Shown: positions 10,601-24,800 of the stretch, one piece after another
Numbering within the stretch: position 1 is the stretch's first letter
Layout of the letters: each line of letters opens with the position of its first letter
Assembly: GCA_964057225.1 (NCBI GenBank)
Contig: CAXKVF010000087.1
Location: 1 to 64,000, forward strand
Source of the DNA: Auanema rhodensis
Taxonomy: Eukaryota; Animalia; Nematoda
Direction of reading: 5' to 3'
Length of the DNA: 64,000 nt
Notes under the pieces: model-generated
What the model was told of the DNA's origin: nothing
Databases searched by the model: none
Seen by the model: the letters and a program-made list of their open reading frames with translations, nothing else
Made by a program: the position numbers and the translations under genes

Positions 10601-13470
10601 ATTAGATTCCCCATGTCCATATTAGTCTAAAAACAAATTTTTATTGATATTGGTGCATGGTAACCATGACTTTGAAATTTACGTGAACTTTAATTTATGC
10701 TAATTAAATGTACACGTGATGTGCACTTGGTATGTAACTCGCTTCACGTGAAAGATAAAGAGATGCGGTTTTCAAAATTAGATTCCCCATGTCCATATTA
10801 GTCTAAAAACAAATTTTTATTGATATTGGTTCATGGTAACCATGACTTTGAAATTTACGTGAACTTTAATTTATGCTAATTAAATGTACACGTGATGTGC
10901 ACTTAGTATGTAACTCGCTTCACGTGAAAGATAAAGAGATGCGGTTTTCAAAATTAGATTCCCCATGTCCATATTAGTCTAAAAACAAATTTTTATTGAT
11001 ATTGGTGCATGGTAACCATGACTTTGAAATTTACGTGAACTTTAATTTATGCTAATTAAATGTACACGTGATGTGCACTTGGTATGTAACTCGCTTCACG
11101 TGAAAGATAAAGAGATGCGGTTTTCAAAATTAGATTCCCCATGTCCATATTAGTCTAAAAACAAATTTTTATTGATATTGGTTCATGGTAACCATGACTT
11201 TGAAATTTACGTGAACTTTAATTTATGCTAATTAAATGTACACGTGATGTGCACTTGGTATGTAACTCGCTTCACGTGAAAGATAAAGAGATGCGGTTTT
11301 CAAAATTAGATTCCCCATGTCCATATTAGTCTAAAAACAAATTTTTATTGATATTGGTTCATGGTAACCATGACTTTGAAATTTACGTGAACTTTAATTT
11401 ATGCTAATTAAATGTACACGTGATGTGCACTTGGTATGTAACTCGCTTCACGTGAAAGATAAAGAGATGCGGTTTTCAAAATTAGATTCCCCATGTCCAT
11501 ATTAGTCTAAAAACAAATTTTTATTGATATTGGTTCATGGTAACCATGACTTTGAAATTTACGTGAACTTTAATTAATGCTAATTAAATGTACACGTGAT
11601 GTGCACTTGGTATGTAACTCGCTTCACGTGAAAGATAAAGAGATGCGGTTTTCAAAATTAGATTCCCCATGTCCATATTAGTCTAAAAACAAATTTTTAT
11701 TGGTATTGGTGCATGGTAACCATGACTTTGAAATTTACGTGAACTTTAATTTATGCTAATTAAATGTACACGTGATGTGCACTTGGTATGTAACTCGCTT
11801 CACGTGAAAGATAAAGAGATGCGGTTTTCAAAATTAGATTCCCCATGTCCATATTAGTCTAAAAACAAATGTTTATTGATATTGGTGCATGGTAACCATG
11901 ACTTTGAAATTTACGTGAACTTTAATTTATGCTAATTAAATGTACACGTGATGTGCACTTGGTATGTAACTCGCTTCACGTGAAAGATAAGGAGATGCGG
12001 TTTTCAAAATTAGATTCCCCATGTCCATATTAGTCTAAAAACAAATTTTTATTGATATTGGTGCATGGTAACCATGACTTTGAAATTTACGTGAACTTTA
12101 ATTTATGCTAATTAAATGTACACGTGATGTGCACTTGGTATGTAACTCGCTTCACGTGAAAGATAAAGAGATGCGGTATTCAAAATTAGATTTCCCATGT
12201 CCATATTAGTCTAAAAACAAATTTTTATTGATATTGGTTCATGGTAACCATGACTTTGAAATTTACGTGAACTTTAATTTATGCTAATTAAATGTACACG
12301 TGATGTGCACTTGGTATGTAACTCGCTTCACGTGAAAGATAAAGAGATGCGGTTTTCAAAATTAGATTCCCCATGTCCATATTAGTCTAAAAACAAATTT
12401 TTATTGATATTGGTTCATGGTAACCATGACTTTGAAATTTACGTGAACTTTAATTAATGCTAATTAAATGTACACGTGATGTGCACTTGGTATGTAACTC
12501 GCTTCACGTGAAAGATAAAGAGATGCGGTTTTCAAAATTAGATTCCCCATGTCCATATTAGTCTAAAAACAAATTTTTATTGATATTGGTGCATGGTAAC
12601 CATGACTTTGAAATTTACGTGAACTTTAATTTATGCTAATTAAATGTACACGTGATGTGCACTTGGTATGTAACTCGCTTCACGTGAAAGATAAGGAGAT
12701 GCGGTTTTCAAAATTAGATTCCCCATGTCCATATTAGTCTAAAAACAAATTTTTATTGATATTGGTGCATGGTAACCATGGCTTTGAAATTTACGTGAAC
12801 TTTAATTTATGCTAATTAAATGTACACGTGATGTGCACTTGGTATGTTACTCGCTTCACGTGAAAGATAAAGAGATGCGGTATTCAAAATTAGATTCCCC
12901 ATGTCCATATTAGTCTAAAAACAAATTTTTATTGATATTGGTGCATGGTAACCATGACTTTGAAAGTTACGTGAACTTTAATTTATGCTAATTAAATGTA
13001 CACGTGATGTGCACTTGGTATGTAACTCGCTTCACGTGAAAGATAAAGAGATGCGGTTTTCAATATTAGATTCCCCATGTCCATATTAGTCTAAAAACAA
13101 ATTTTTATTGATATTGGTTCATGGTAACCATGACTTTGAAATTTACGTGAACTTTAATTTATGCTAATTAAATGTACACGTGATGTGCACTTGGTATGTA
13201 ACTCGCTTCACGTGAAAGATAAAGAGATGCGGTTTTCAAAATTAGATTCCCCATGTCCATATTAGTCTAAAAACAAATTTTTATTGATATTGGTGCATGG
13301 TAACCATGACTTTGAAATTTACGTGAACTTTAATTTATGCTAATTAAATGTACACGTGATGTGCACTTGGTATGTAACTCGCTTCACGTGAAAGATAAAG
13401 AGATGCGGTTTTCAAAATTAGATTCCCCATGTCCATATTAGTCTAAAAACAAATTTTTATTGATATTGGT
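7664..13470 (+). repeat. Block duplication at 17-monomer offset (2992 bp): 7664-10478 vs 10656-13470
   Basis: Shared variants at 7913/10905, 8711/11703, 8879/11871, 9186/12178, 9789/12781, 9974/12966. Confidence 0.9.
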
Positions 13471-16400
13471 GCATGGTAACCATGACTTTGAAATTTACGT
13501 GAACTTTAATTTATGCTAATTAAATGTACACGTGATGTGCACTTGGTATGTAACTCGCTTCACGTGAAAGATAAAGAGATGCGGTTTTCAAAATTAGATT
13601 CCCCATGTCCATATTAGTTTAAAAACAAATTTTTATTGATATTGGTGCATGGTAACCATGACTTTGAAATTTACGTGAACTTTAATTTATGCTAATTAAA
13701 TGTACACGTGATGTGCACTTGGTATGTAACTCGCTTCACGTAAAAGATAAAGAGATGCGGTTTTCAAAATTAGATTCCCCATGTCCATATTAGTCTAAAA
13801 ACAAATTTTTATTGATATTGGTGCATGGTAACCACGACTTTGAAATTTACGTGAACTTTAATTTATGCTAATTAAATGTACACGTGATGTGCACTTGGTA
13901 TGTAACTCGCTTCACGTGAAAGATAAAGAGATGCGGTATTCAAAATTAGATTCCCCATGTCCATATTAGTCTAAAAACAAATTTTTATTGATATTGGTTC
14001 ATGGTAACCATGACTTTGAAATTTACGTGAACTTTAATTTATGCTAATTAAATGTACACGTGATGTGCACTTGGTATGTAACTCGCTTCACGTGAAAGAT
14101 AAAGAGATGCGGTTTTCAAAATTAGATTCCCCATGTCCATATTAGTCTAAAAACAAATTTTTATTGATATTGGTGCATGGTAACCATGACTTTGAAATTT
14201 ACGTGAACTTTAATTTATGCTAATTAAATGTACACGTGATGTGCACTTGGTATGTAACTCGCTTCACGTGAAAGATAAAGAGATGCGGTTTTCAAAATTA
14301 GATTCCCCATGTCCATATTAGTCTAAAAACAAATTTTTATTGATATTGGTTCATGGTAACCATGACTTTGAAATTTACGTGAACTTTAATTTATGCTAAT
14401 TAAATGTACACGTGATGTGCACTTGGTATGTAACTCGCTTCACGTGAAAGATAGAGAGTGCGGTTTTCAAAATTAGATTCCCCATGTCCATATTAGTCTA
14501 AAAACAAATTTTTATTGATATTGGTGCATGGTAACCATGACTTTGAAATTTACGTGAACTTTAATTTATGCTAATTAAATGTACACGTGATGTGCACTTG
14601 GTATGTAACTCGCTTCACGTGAAAGATAAAGAGATGCGGTTTTCAAAATTAGATTCCCCATGTCCATATTAGTCTAAAAACAAATTTTTATTGATATTGG
14701 TTCATGGTAACCATGACTTTGAAATTTACGTGAACTTTAATTTATGCTAATTAAATGTACACGTGATGTGCACTTGGTATGTAACTCGCTTCACGTGAAA
14801 TATAAAGAGATGCGGTTTTCAAAATTAGATTCCCCATGTCCATATTAGTCTAAAAACAAATTTTTATTGATATTGGTTCATGGTAACCATGACTTTGAAA
14901 TTTACGTGAACTTTAATTAATGCTAATTAAATGTACACGTGATGTGCACTTGGTATGTAACTCGCTTCACGTGAAAGATAAAGAGATGCGGTTTTCAAAA
15001 TTAGATTCCCCATGTCCATATTAGTCTAAAAACAAATTTTTATTGATATTGGTGCATGGTAACCATGACTTTGAAATTTACGTGAACTTTAATTTATGCT
15101 AATTAAATGTACACGTGATGTGCACTTGGTATGTAACTCGCTTCACGTGAAAGATAAGGAGATGCGGTTTTCAAAATTAGATTCCCCATGTCCATATTAG
15201 TCTAAAAACAAATTTTTATTGATATTGGTTCATGGTAACCATGACTTTGAAATTTACGTGAACTTTAATTAATGCTAATTAAATGTACACGTGATGTGCA
15301 CTTGGTATGTAACTCGCTTCACGTGAAAGATAAAGAGATGCGGTATTCAAAATTAGATTCCCCATGTCCATATTAGTCTAAAAACAAATTTTTATTGATA
15401 TTGGTGCATGGTAACCATGACTTTGAAATTTACGTGAACTTTAATTTATGCTAATTAAATGTACACGTGATGTGCACTTGGTATGTAACTCGCTTCACGT
15501 GAAAGATAAGGAGATGCGGTTTTCAAAATTAGATTCCCCATGTCCATATTAGTCTAAAAACAAATTTTTATTGATATTGGTGCATGGTAACCATGACTTT
15601 GAAATTTACGTGAACTTTAATTTATGCTAATTAAATGTACACGTGATGTGCACTTGGTATGTAACTCGCTTCACGTGAAAGATAAAGAGATGCGGTTTTC
15701 AAAATTAGATTCCCCATGTCCATATTAGTCTAAAAACAAATTTTTATTGATATTGGTTCATGGTAACCATGACTTTGAAATTTACGTGAACTTTAATTTA
15801 TGCTAATTAAATGTACACGTGATGTGCACTTGGTATGTAACTCGCTTCACGTGAAAGATAAAGAGATGCGGTTTTCAAAATTAGATTCCCCATGTACATA
15901 TTAGTCTAAAAACAAATTTTTATTGATATTGGTGCATGGTAACCATGACTTTGAAATTTACGTGAACTTTAATTTATGCTAATTAAATGTACACGTGATG
16001 TGCACTTGGTATGTAACTCGCTTCACGTGAAAGATAAAGAGATGCGGTTTTCAAAATTAGATTCCCCATGTCCATATTAGTTTAAAAACAAATTTTTATT
16101 GATATTGGTGCATGGTAACCATGACTTTGAAATTTACGTGAACTTTAATTTATGCTAATTAAATGTACACGTGATGTGCACTTGGTATGTAACTCGCTTC
16201 ACGTGAAAGATAAAGAGATGCGGTTTTCAATATTAGATTCCCCATGTCCATATTAGTCTAAAAACAAATTTTTATTGATATTGGTGCATGGTAACCATGA
16301 CTTTGAAATTTACGTGAACTTTAATTTATGCTAATTAAATGTACACGTGATGTGCACTTGGTATGTAACTCGCTTCACGTGAAAGATAAGGAGATGCGGT

Positions 16401-19400
16401 TTTCAAAATTAGATTCCCCATGTCCATATTAGTCTAAAAACAAATTTTTATTGATATTGGTGCATGGTAACCATGGCTTTGAAATTTACGTGAACTTTAA
16501 TTTATGCTAATTAAATGTACACGTGATGTGCACTTGGTATGTTACTCGCTTCACGTGAAAGATAAAGAGATGCGGTATTCAAAATTAGATTCCCCATGTC
16601 CATATTAGTCTAAAAACAAATTTTTATTGATATTGGTGCATGGTAACCATGACTTTGAAAGTTACGTGAACTTTAATTTATGCTAATTAAATGTACACGT
16701 GATGTGCACTTGGTATGTAACTCGCTTCACGTGAAAGATAAAGAGATGCGGTTTTCAATATTAGATTCCCCATGTCCATATTAGTCTAAAAACAAATTTT
16801 TATTGATATTGGTTCATGGTAACCATGACTTTGAAATTTACGTGAACTTTAATTTATGCTAATTAAATGTACACGTGATGTGCACTTGGTATGTAACTCG
16901 CTTCACGTGAAAGATAAAGAGATGCGGTTTTCAAAATTAGATTCCCCATGTCCATATTAGTCTAAAAACAAATTTTTATTGATATTGGTGCATGGTAACC
17001 ATGACTTTGAAATTTACGTGAACTTTAATTTATGCTAATTAAATGTACACGTGATGTGCACTTGGTATGTAACTCGTTTCACGTGAAAGATAAAGAGATG
17101 CGGTTTTCAAAATTAGATTCCCCATGTCCATATTAGTCTAAAAACAAATTTTTATTGATATTGGTGCATGGTAACCATGACTTTGAAATTTACGTGAACT
17201 TTAATTTATGCTAATTAAATGTACACGTGATGTGCACTTGGTATGTAACTCGCTTCACGTGAAAGATAAAGAGATGCGGTTTTCAAAATTAGATTCCCCA
17301 TGTCCATATTAGTTTAAAAACAAATTTTTATTGATATTGGTGCATGGTAACCATGACTTTGAAATTTACGTGAACTTTAATTTATGCTAATTAAATGTAC
17401 ACGTGATGTGCACTTGGTATGTAACTCGCTTCACGTAAAAGATAAAGAGATGCGGTTTTCAAAATTAGATTCCCCATGTCCATATTAGTCTAAAAACAAA
17501 TTTTTATTGATATTGGTGCATGGTAACCACGACTTTGAAATTTACGTGAACTTTAATTTATGCTAATTAAATGTACACGTGATGTGCACTTGGTATGTAA
17601 CTCGCTTCACGTGAAAGATAAAGAGATGCGGTATTCAAAATTAGATTCCCCATGTCCATATTAGTCTAAAAACAAATTTTTATTGATATTGGTTCATGGT
17701 AACCATGACTTTGAAATTTACGTGAACTTTAATTTATGCTAATTAAATGTACACGTGATGTGCACTTGGTATGTAACTCGCTTCACGTGAAAGATAAAGA
17801 GATGCGGTTTTCAAAATTAGATTCCCCATGTCCATATTAGTCTAAAAACAAATTTTTATTGATATTGGTGCATGGTAACCATGACTTTGAAATTTACGTG
17901 AACTTTAATTTATGCTAATTAAATGTACACGTGATGTGCACTTGGTATGTAACTCGCTTCACGTGAAAGATAAAGAGATGCGGTTTTCAAAATTAGATTC
18001 CCCATGTCCATATTAGTCTAAAAACAAATTTTTATTGATATTGGTTCATGGTAACCATGACTTTGAAATTTACGTGAACTTTAATTTATGCTAATTAAAT
18101 GTACACGTGATGTGCACTTGGTATGTAACTCGCTTCACGTGAAAGATAGAGAGTGCGGTTTTCAAAATTAGATTCCCCATGTCCATATTAGTCTAAAAAC
18201 AAATTTTTATTGATATTGGTGCATGGTAACCATGACTTTGAAATTTACGTGAACTTTAATTTATGCTAATTAAATGTACACGTGATGTGCACTTGGTATG
18301 TAACTCGCTTCACGTGAAAGATAAAGAGATGCGGTTTTCAAAATTAGATTCCCCATGTCCATATTAGTCTAAAAACAAATTTTTATTGATATTGGTTCAT
18401 GGTAACCATGACTTTGAAATTTACGTGAACTTTAATTTATGCTAATTAAATGTACACGTGATGTGCACTTGGTATGTAACTCGCTTCACGTGAAATATAA
18501 AGAGATGCGGTTTTCAAAATTAGATTCCCCATGTCCATATTAGTCTAAAAACAAATTTTTATTGATATTGGTTCATGGTAACCATGACTTTGAAATTTAC
18601 GTGAACTTTAATTAATGCTAATTAAATGTACACGTGATGTGCACTTGGTATGTAACTCGCTTCACGTGAAAGATAAAGAGATGCGGTTTTCAAAATTAGA
18701 TTCCCCATGTCCATATTAGTCTAAAAACAAATTTTTATTGATATTGGTGCATGGTAACCATGACTTTGAAATTTACGTGAACTTTAATTTATGCTAATTA
18801 AATGTACACGTGATGTGCACTTGGTATGTAACTCGCTTCACGTGAAAGATAAGGAGATGCGGTTTTCAAAATTAGATTCCCCATGTCCATATTAGTCTAA
18901 AAACAAATTTTTATTGATATTGGTTCATGGTAACCATGACTTTGAAATTTACGTGAACTTTAATTAATGCTAATTAAATGTACACGTGATGTGCACTTGG
19001 TATGTAACTCGCTTCACGTGAAAGATAAAGAGATGCGGTATTCAAAATTAGATTCCCCATGTCCATATTAGTCTAAAAACAAATTTTTATTGATATTGGT
19101 GCATGGTAACCATGACTTTGAAATTTACGTGAACTTTAATTTATGCTAATTAAATGTACACGTGATGTGCACTTGGTATGTAACTCGCTTCACGTGAAAG
19201 ATAAGGAGATGCGGTTTTCAAAATTAGATTCCCCATGTCCATATTAGTCTAAAAACAAATTTTTATTGATATTGGTGCATGGTAACCATGACTTTGAAAT
19301 TTACGTGAACTTTAATTTATGCTAATTAAATGTACACGTGATGTGCACTTGGTATGTAACTCGCTTCACGTGAAAGATAAAGAGATGCGGTTTTCAAAAT

Positions 19401-19980
19401 TAGATTCCCCATGTCCATATTAGTCTAAAAACAAATTTTTATTGATATTGGTTCATGGTAACCATGACTTTGAAATTTACGTGAACTTTAATTTATGCTA
19501 ATTAAATGTACACGTGATGTGCACTTGGTATGTAACTCGCTTCACGTGAAAGATAAAGAGATGCGGTTTTCAAAATTAGATTCCCCATGTACATATTAGT
19601 CTAAAAACAAATTTTTATTGATATTGGTGCATGGTAACCATGACTTTGAAATTTACGTGAACTTTAATTTATGCTAATTAAATGTACACGTGATGTGCAC
19701 TTGGTATGTAACTCGCTTCACGTGAAAGATAAAGAGATGCGGTTTTCAAAATTAGATTCCCCATGTCCATATTAGTTTAAAAACAAATTTTTATTGATAT
19801 TGGTGCATGGTAACCATGACTTTGAAATTTACGTGAACTTTAATTTATGCTAATTAAATGTACACGTGATGTGCACTTGGTATGTAACTCGCTTCACGTG
19901 AAAGATAAAGAGATGCGGTTTTCAATATTAGATTCCCCATGTCCATATTAGTCTAAAAACAAATTTTTATTGATATTGGT
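12537..19980 (+). repeat. Tandem duplication of a 21-monomer block (3695 bp, includes one 175-bp monomer)
   Basis: Shared variants at 12781/16476, 12966/16661 and 16231/19926, plus the deletion allele ATAGAGAGTGC at 14451/18146. Private difference at 17077. Confidence 0.92.
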
Positions 19981-21845
19981 TCATGGTAACCATGACTTTG
20001 AAATTTACGTGAACTTTAATTTATGCTAATTAAATGTACACGTGATGTGCACTTAGTATGTAACTCGCTTCACGTGAAAGATAAAGAGATGCGGTTTTCA
20101 AAATTAGATTCCCCATGTCCATATTAGTCTAAAAACAAATTTTTATTGATATTGGTGCATGGTAACCATGACTTTGAAATTTACGTGAACTTTAATTTAT
20201 GCTAATTAAATGTACACGTGATGTGCACTTAGTATGTAACTCGCTTCACGTGAAAGATAAAGAGATGCGGTTTTCAAAATTAGATTCCCCATGTCCATAT
20301 TAGTCTAAAAACAAATTTTTATTGATATTGGTGCATGGTAACCATGACTTTGAAATTTACGTGAACTTTAATTTATGCTAATTAAATGTACACGTGATGT
20401 GCACTTGGTATGTAACTCGCTTCACGTGAAAGATAAAGAGATGCGGTTTTCAAAATTAGATTCCCCATGTCCATATTAGTCTAAAAACAAATTTTTATTG
20501 ATATTGGTTCATGGTAATTATGACTTTGAAATTTACGTGAACTTTAATTAATGCTAATTAAATGTACACGTGATGTGCACTTGGTATGTAACTCGCTTCA
20601 CGTGAAAGATAAAGAGATGCGGTTTTCAAAATTAGATTCCCCATGTCCATATTAGTCTAAAAACAAATTTTTATTGATATTGGTTCATGGTAACCATGAC
20701 TTTGAAATTTACGTGAACTTTAATTAATGCTAATTAAATGTACACGTGATGTGCACTTGGTATGTAACTCGCTTCACGTGAAAGATAAAGAGATGCGGTT
20801 TTCAAAATTAGATTCCCCATGTCCATATTAGTCTAAAAACAAATTTTTATTGGTATTGGTGCATGGTAACCATGACTTTGAAATTTACGTGAACTTTAAT
20901 TTATGCTAATTAAATGTACACGTGATGTGCACTTGGTATGTAACTCGCTTCACGTGAAAGATAAAGAGATGCGGTTTTCAAAATTAGATTCCCCATGTCC
21001 ATATTAGTCTAAAAACAAATTTTTATTGATATTGGTGCATGGTAACCATGACTTTGAAATTTACGTGAACTTTAATTTATGCTAATTAAATGTACACGTG
21101 ATGTGCACTTGGTATGTAACTCGCTTCACGTGAAAGATAAGGAGATGCGGTTTTCAAAATTAGATTCCCCATGTCCATATTAGTCTAAAAACAAATTTTT
21201 ATTGATATTGGTGCATGGTAACCATGACTTTGAAATTTACGTGAACTTTAATTTATGCTCATTAAATGTACACGTGATGTGCACTTGGTATGTAACTCGC
21301 TTCACGTGAAAGATAAAGAGATGCGGTATTCAAAATTAGATTCCCCATGTCCATATTAGTCTAAAAACAAATTTTTATTGATATTGGTTCATGGTAACCA
21401 TGACTTTGAAATTTACGTGAACTTTAATTTATGCTAATTAAATGTACACGTGATGTGCACTTGGTATGTAACTCGCTTCACGTGAAAGATAAAGAGATGC
21501 GGTTTTCAAAATTAGATTCCCCATGTCCATATTAGTCTAAAAACAAATTTTTATTGATATTGGTTCATGGTAACCATGACTTTGAAATTTACGTGAACTT
21601 TAATTAATGCTAATTAAATGTACACGTGATGTGCACTTGGTATGTAACTCGCTTCACGTGAAAGATAAAGAGATGCGGTTTTCAAAATTAGATTCCCCAT
21701 GTCCATATTAGTCTAAAAACAAATTTTTATTGATATTGGTGCATGGTAACCATGACTTTGAAATTTACGTGAACTTTAATTTATGCTAATTAAATGTACA
21801 TGTGATGTGCACTTGGTATGTAACTCGCTTCACGTGAAAGATAAG

Positions 21846-24800
21846 GAGATGCGGTTTTCAAAATTAGATTCCCCATGTCCATATTAGTCTAAAAACAAAT
21901 TTTTATTGATATTGGTGCATGGTAACCATGACTTTGAAATTTACGTGAACTTTAATTTATGCTAATTAAATGTACACGTGATGTGCACTTGGTATGTAAC
22001 TCGCTTCACGTGAAAGATAAAGAGATGCGGTTTTCAAAATTAGATTCCCCATGTCCATATTAGTCTAAAAACAAATTTTTATTGATATTGGTTCATGGTA
22101 ACCATGACTTTGAAATTTACGTGAACTTTAATTTATGCTAATTAAATGTACACGTGATGTGCACTTGGTATGTAACTCGCTTCACGTGAAATATAAAGAG
22201 ATGCGGTTTTCAAAATTAGATTCCCCATGTCCATATTAGTCTAAAAACAAATTTTTATTGATATTGGTTCATGGTAACCATGACTTTGAAATTTACGTGA
22301 ACTTTAATTAATGCTAATTAAATGTACACGTGATGTGCACTTGGTATGTAACTCGCTTCACGTGAAAGATAAAGAGATGCGGTTTTCAAAATTAGATTCC
22401 CCATGTCCATATTAGTCTAAAAACAAATTTTTATTGATATTGGTGCATGGTAACCATGACTTTGAAATTTACGTGAACTTTAATTTATGCTAATTAAATG
22501 TACACGTGATGTGCACTTGGTATGTAACTCGCTTCACGTGAAAGATAAGGAGATGCGGTTTTCAAAATTAGATTCGCCATGTCCATATTAGTCTAAAAAC
22601 AAATTTTTATTGATATTGGTGCATGGTAACCATGACTTTGAAATTTACGTGAACTTTAATTTATGCTAATTAAATGTACACGTGATGTGCACTTGGTATG
22701 TAACTCGCTTCACGTGAAAGATAAAGAGATGCGGTTTTCAAAATTAGATTCCCCATGTCCATATTAGTCTAAAAACAAATTTTTATTGATATTGGTGCAT
22801 GGTAACCATGACTTTGAAATTTACGTGAACTTTAATTTATGCTAATTAAATGTACACGTGATGTGCACTTGGTATGTAACTCGCTTCACGTGAAAGATAA
22901 GGAGATGCGGTTTTCAAAATTAGATTCCCCATGTCCATATTAGTCTAAAAACAAATTTTTATTGATATTGGTTCATGGTAACCATGACTTTGAAATTTAC
23001 GTGAACTTTAATTTATGCTAATTAAATGTACACGTGATGTGCACTTGGTATGTAACTCGCTTCACGTGAAAGATAAAGAGATGCGGTTTTCAAAATTAGA
23101 TTCCCCATGTCCATATTAGTCTAAAAACAAATTTTTATTGATATTGGTTCATGGTAACCATGACTTTGAAATTTACGTGAACTTTAATTTATGCTAATTA
23201 AATGTACACGTGATGTGCACTTGGTATGTAACTCGCTTCACGTGAAAGATAAAGAGATGCGGTTTTCAAAATTAGATTCCCCATGTCCATATTAGTCTAA
23301 AAACAAATTTTTATTGATATTGGTGCATGGTAACCATGACTTTGAAATTTACGTGAACTTTAATTTATGCTAATTAAATGTACACGTGATGTGCACTTGG
23401 TATGTAACTCGCTTCACGTGAAAGATAAAGAGATGCGGTTTTCAAAATTAGATTCCCCATGTCCATATTAGTTTAAAAACAAATTTTTATTGATATTGGT
23501 GCATGGTAACCATGACTTTGAAATTTACGTGAACTTTAATTTATGCTAATTAAATGTACACGTGATTTGCACTTGGTATGTAACTCGCTTCACGTGAAAG
23601 ATAAAGAGATGCGGTTTTCAAAATTAGATTCCCCATGTCCATATTAGTCTAAAAACAAATTTTTATTGATATTGGTTCATGGTAACCATGACTTTGAAAT
23701 TTACGTGAACTTTAATTTATGCTAATTAAATGTACACGTGATGTGCACTTAGTATGTAACTCGCTTCACGTGAAAGATAAAGAGATGCGGTTTTCAAAAT
23801 TAGATTCCCCATGTCCATATTAGTCTAAAAACAAATTTTTATTGATATTGGTGCATGGTAACCATGACTTTGAAATTTACGTGAACTTTAATTTATGCTA
23901 ATTAAATGTACACGTGATAAGCACTTGGTATGTAACTCGCTTCACGTGAAAGATAAAGAGATGCGGTTTTCAAAATTAGATTCCCCATGTCCATATTAGT
24001 CTAAAAACAAATTTTTATTGATATTGGTTCATGGTAACCATGACTTTGAAATTTACGTGAACTTTAATTTATGCTAATTAAATGTACACGTGATGTGCAC
24101 TTGGTATGTAACTCGCTTCACGTGAAATATAAAGAGATGCGGTTTTCAAAATTAGATTCCCCATGTCCATATTAGTCTAAAAACAAATTTTTATTGATAT
24201 TGGTTCATGGTAACCATGACTTTGAAATTTACGTGAACTTTAATTAATGCTAATTAAATGTACACGTGATGTGCACTTGGTATGTAACTCGCTTCACGTG
24301 AAAGATAAAGAGATGCGGTTTTCAAAATTAGATTCCCCATGTCCATATTAGTCTAAAAACAAATTTTTATTGATATTGGTGCATGGTAACCATGACTTTG
24401 AAATTTACGTGAACTTTAATTTATGCTAATTAAATGTACACGTGATGTGCACTTGGTATGTAACTCGCTTCACGTGAAAGATAAGGAGATGCGGTTTTCA
24501 AAATTAGATTCGCCATGTCCATATTAGTCTAAAAACAAATTTTTATTGATATTGGTGCATGGTAACCATGACTTTGAAATTTACGTGAACTTTAATTTAT
24601 GCTAATTAAATGTACACGTGATGTGCACTTGGTATGTAACTCGCTTCACGTGAAAGATAAAGAGATGCGGTTTTCAAAATTAGATTCCCCATGTCCATAT
24701 TAGTCTAAAAACAAATTTTTATTGATATTGGTGCATGGTAACCATGACTTTGAAATTTACGTGAACTTTAATTTATGCTAATTAAATGTACACGTGATGT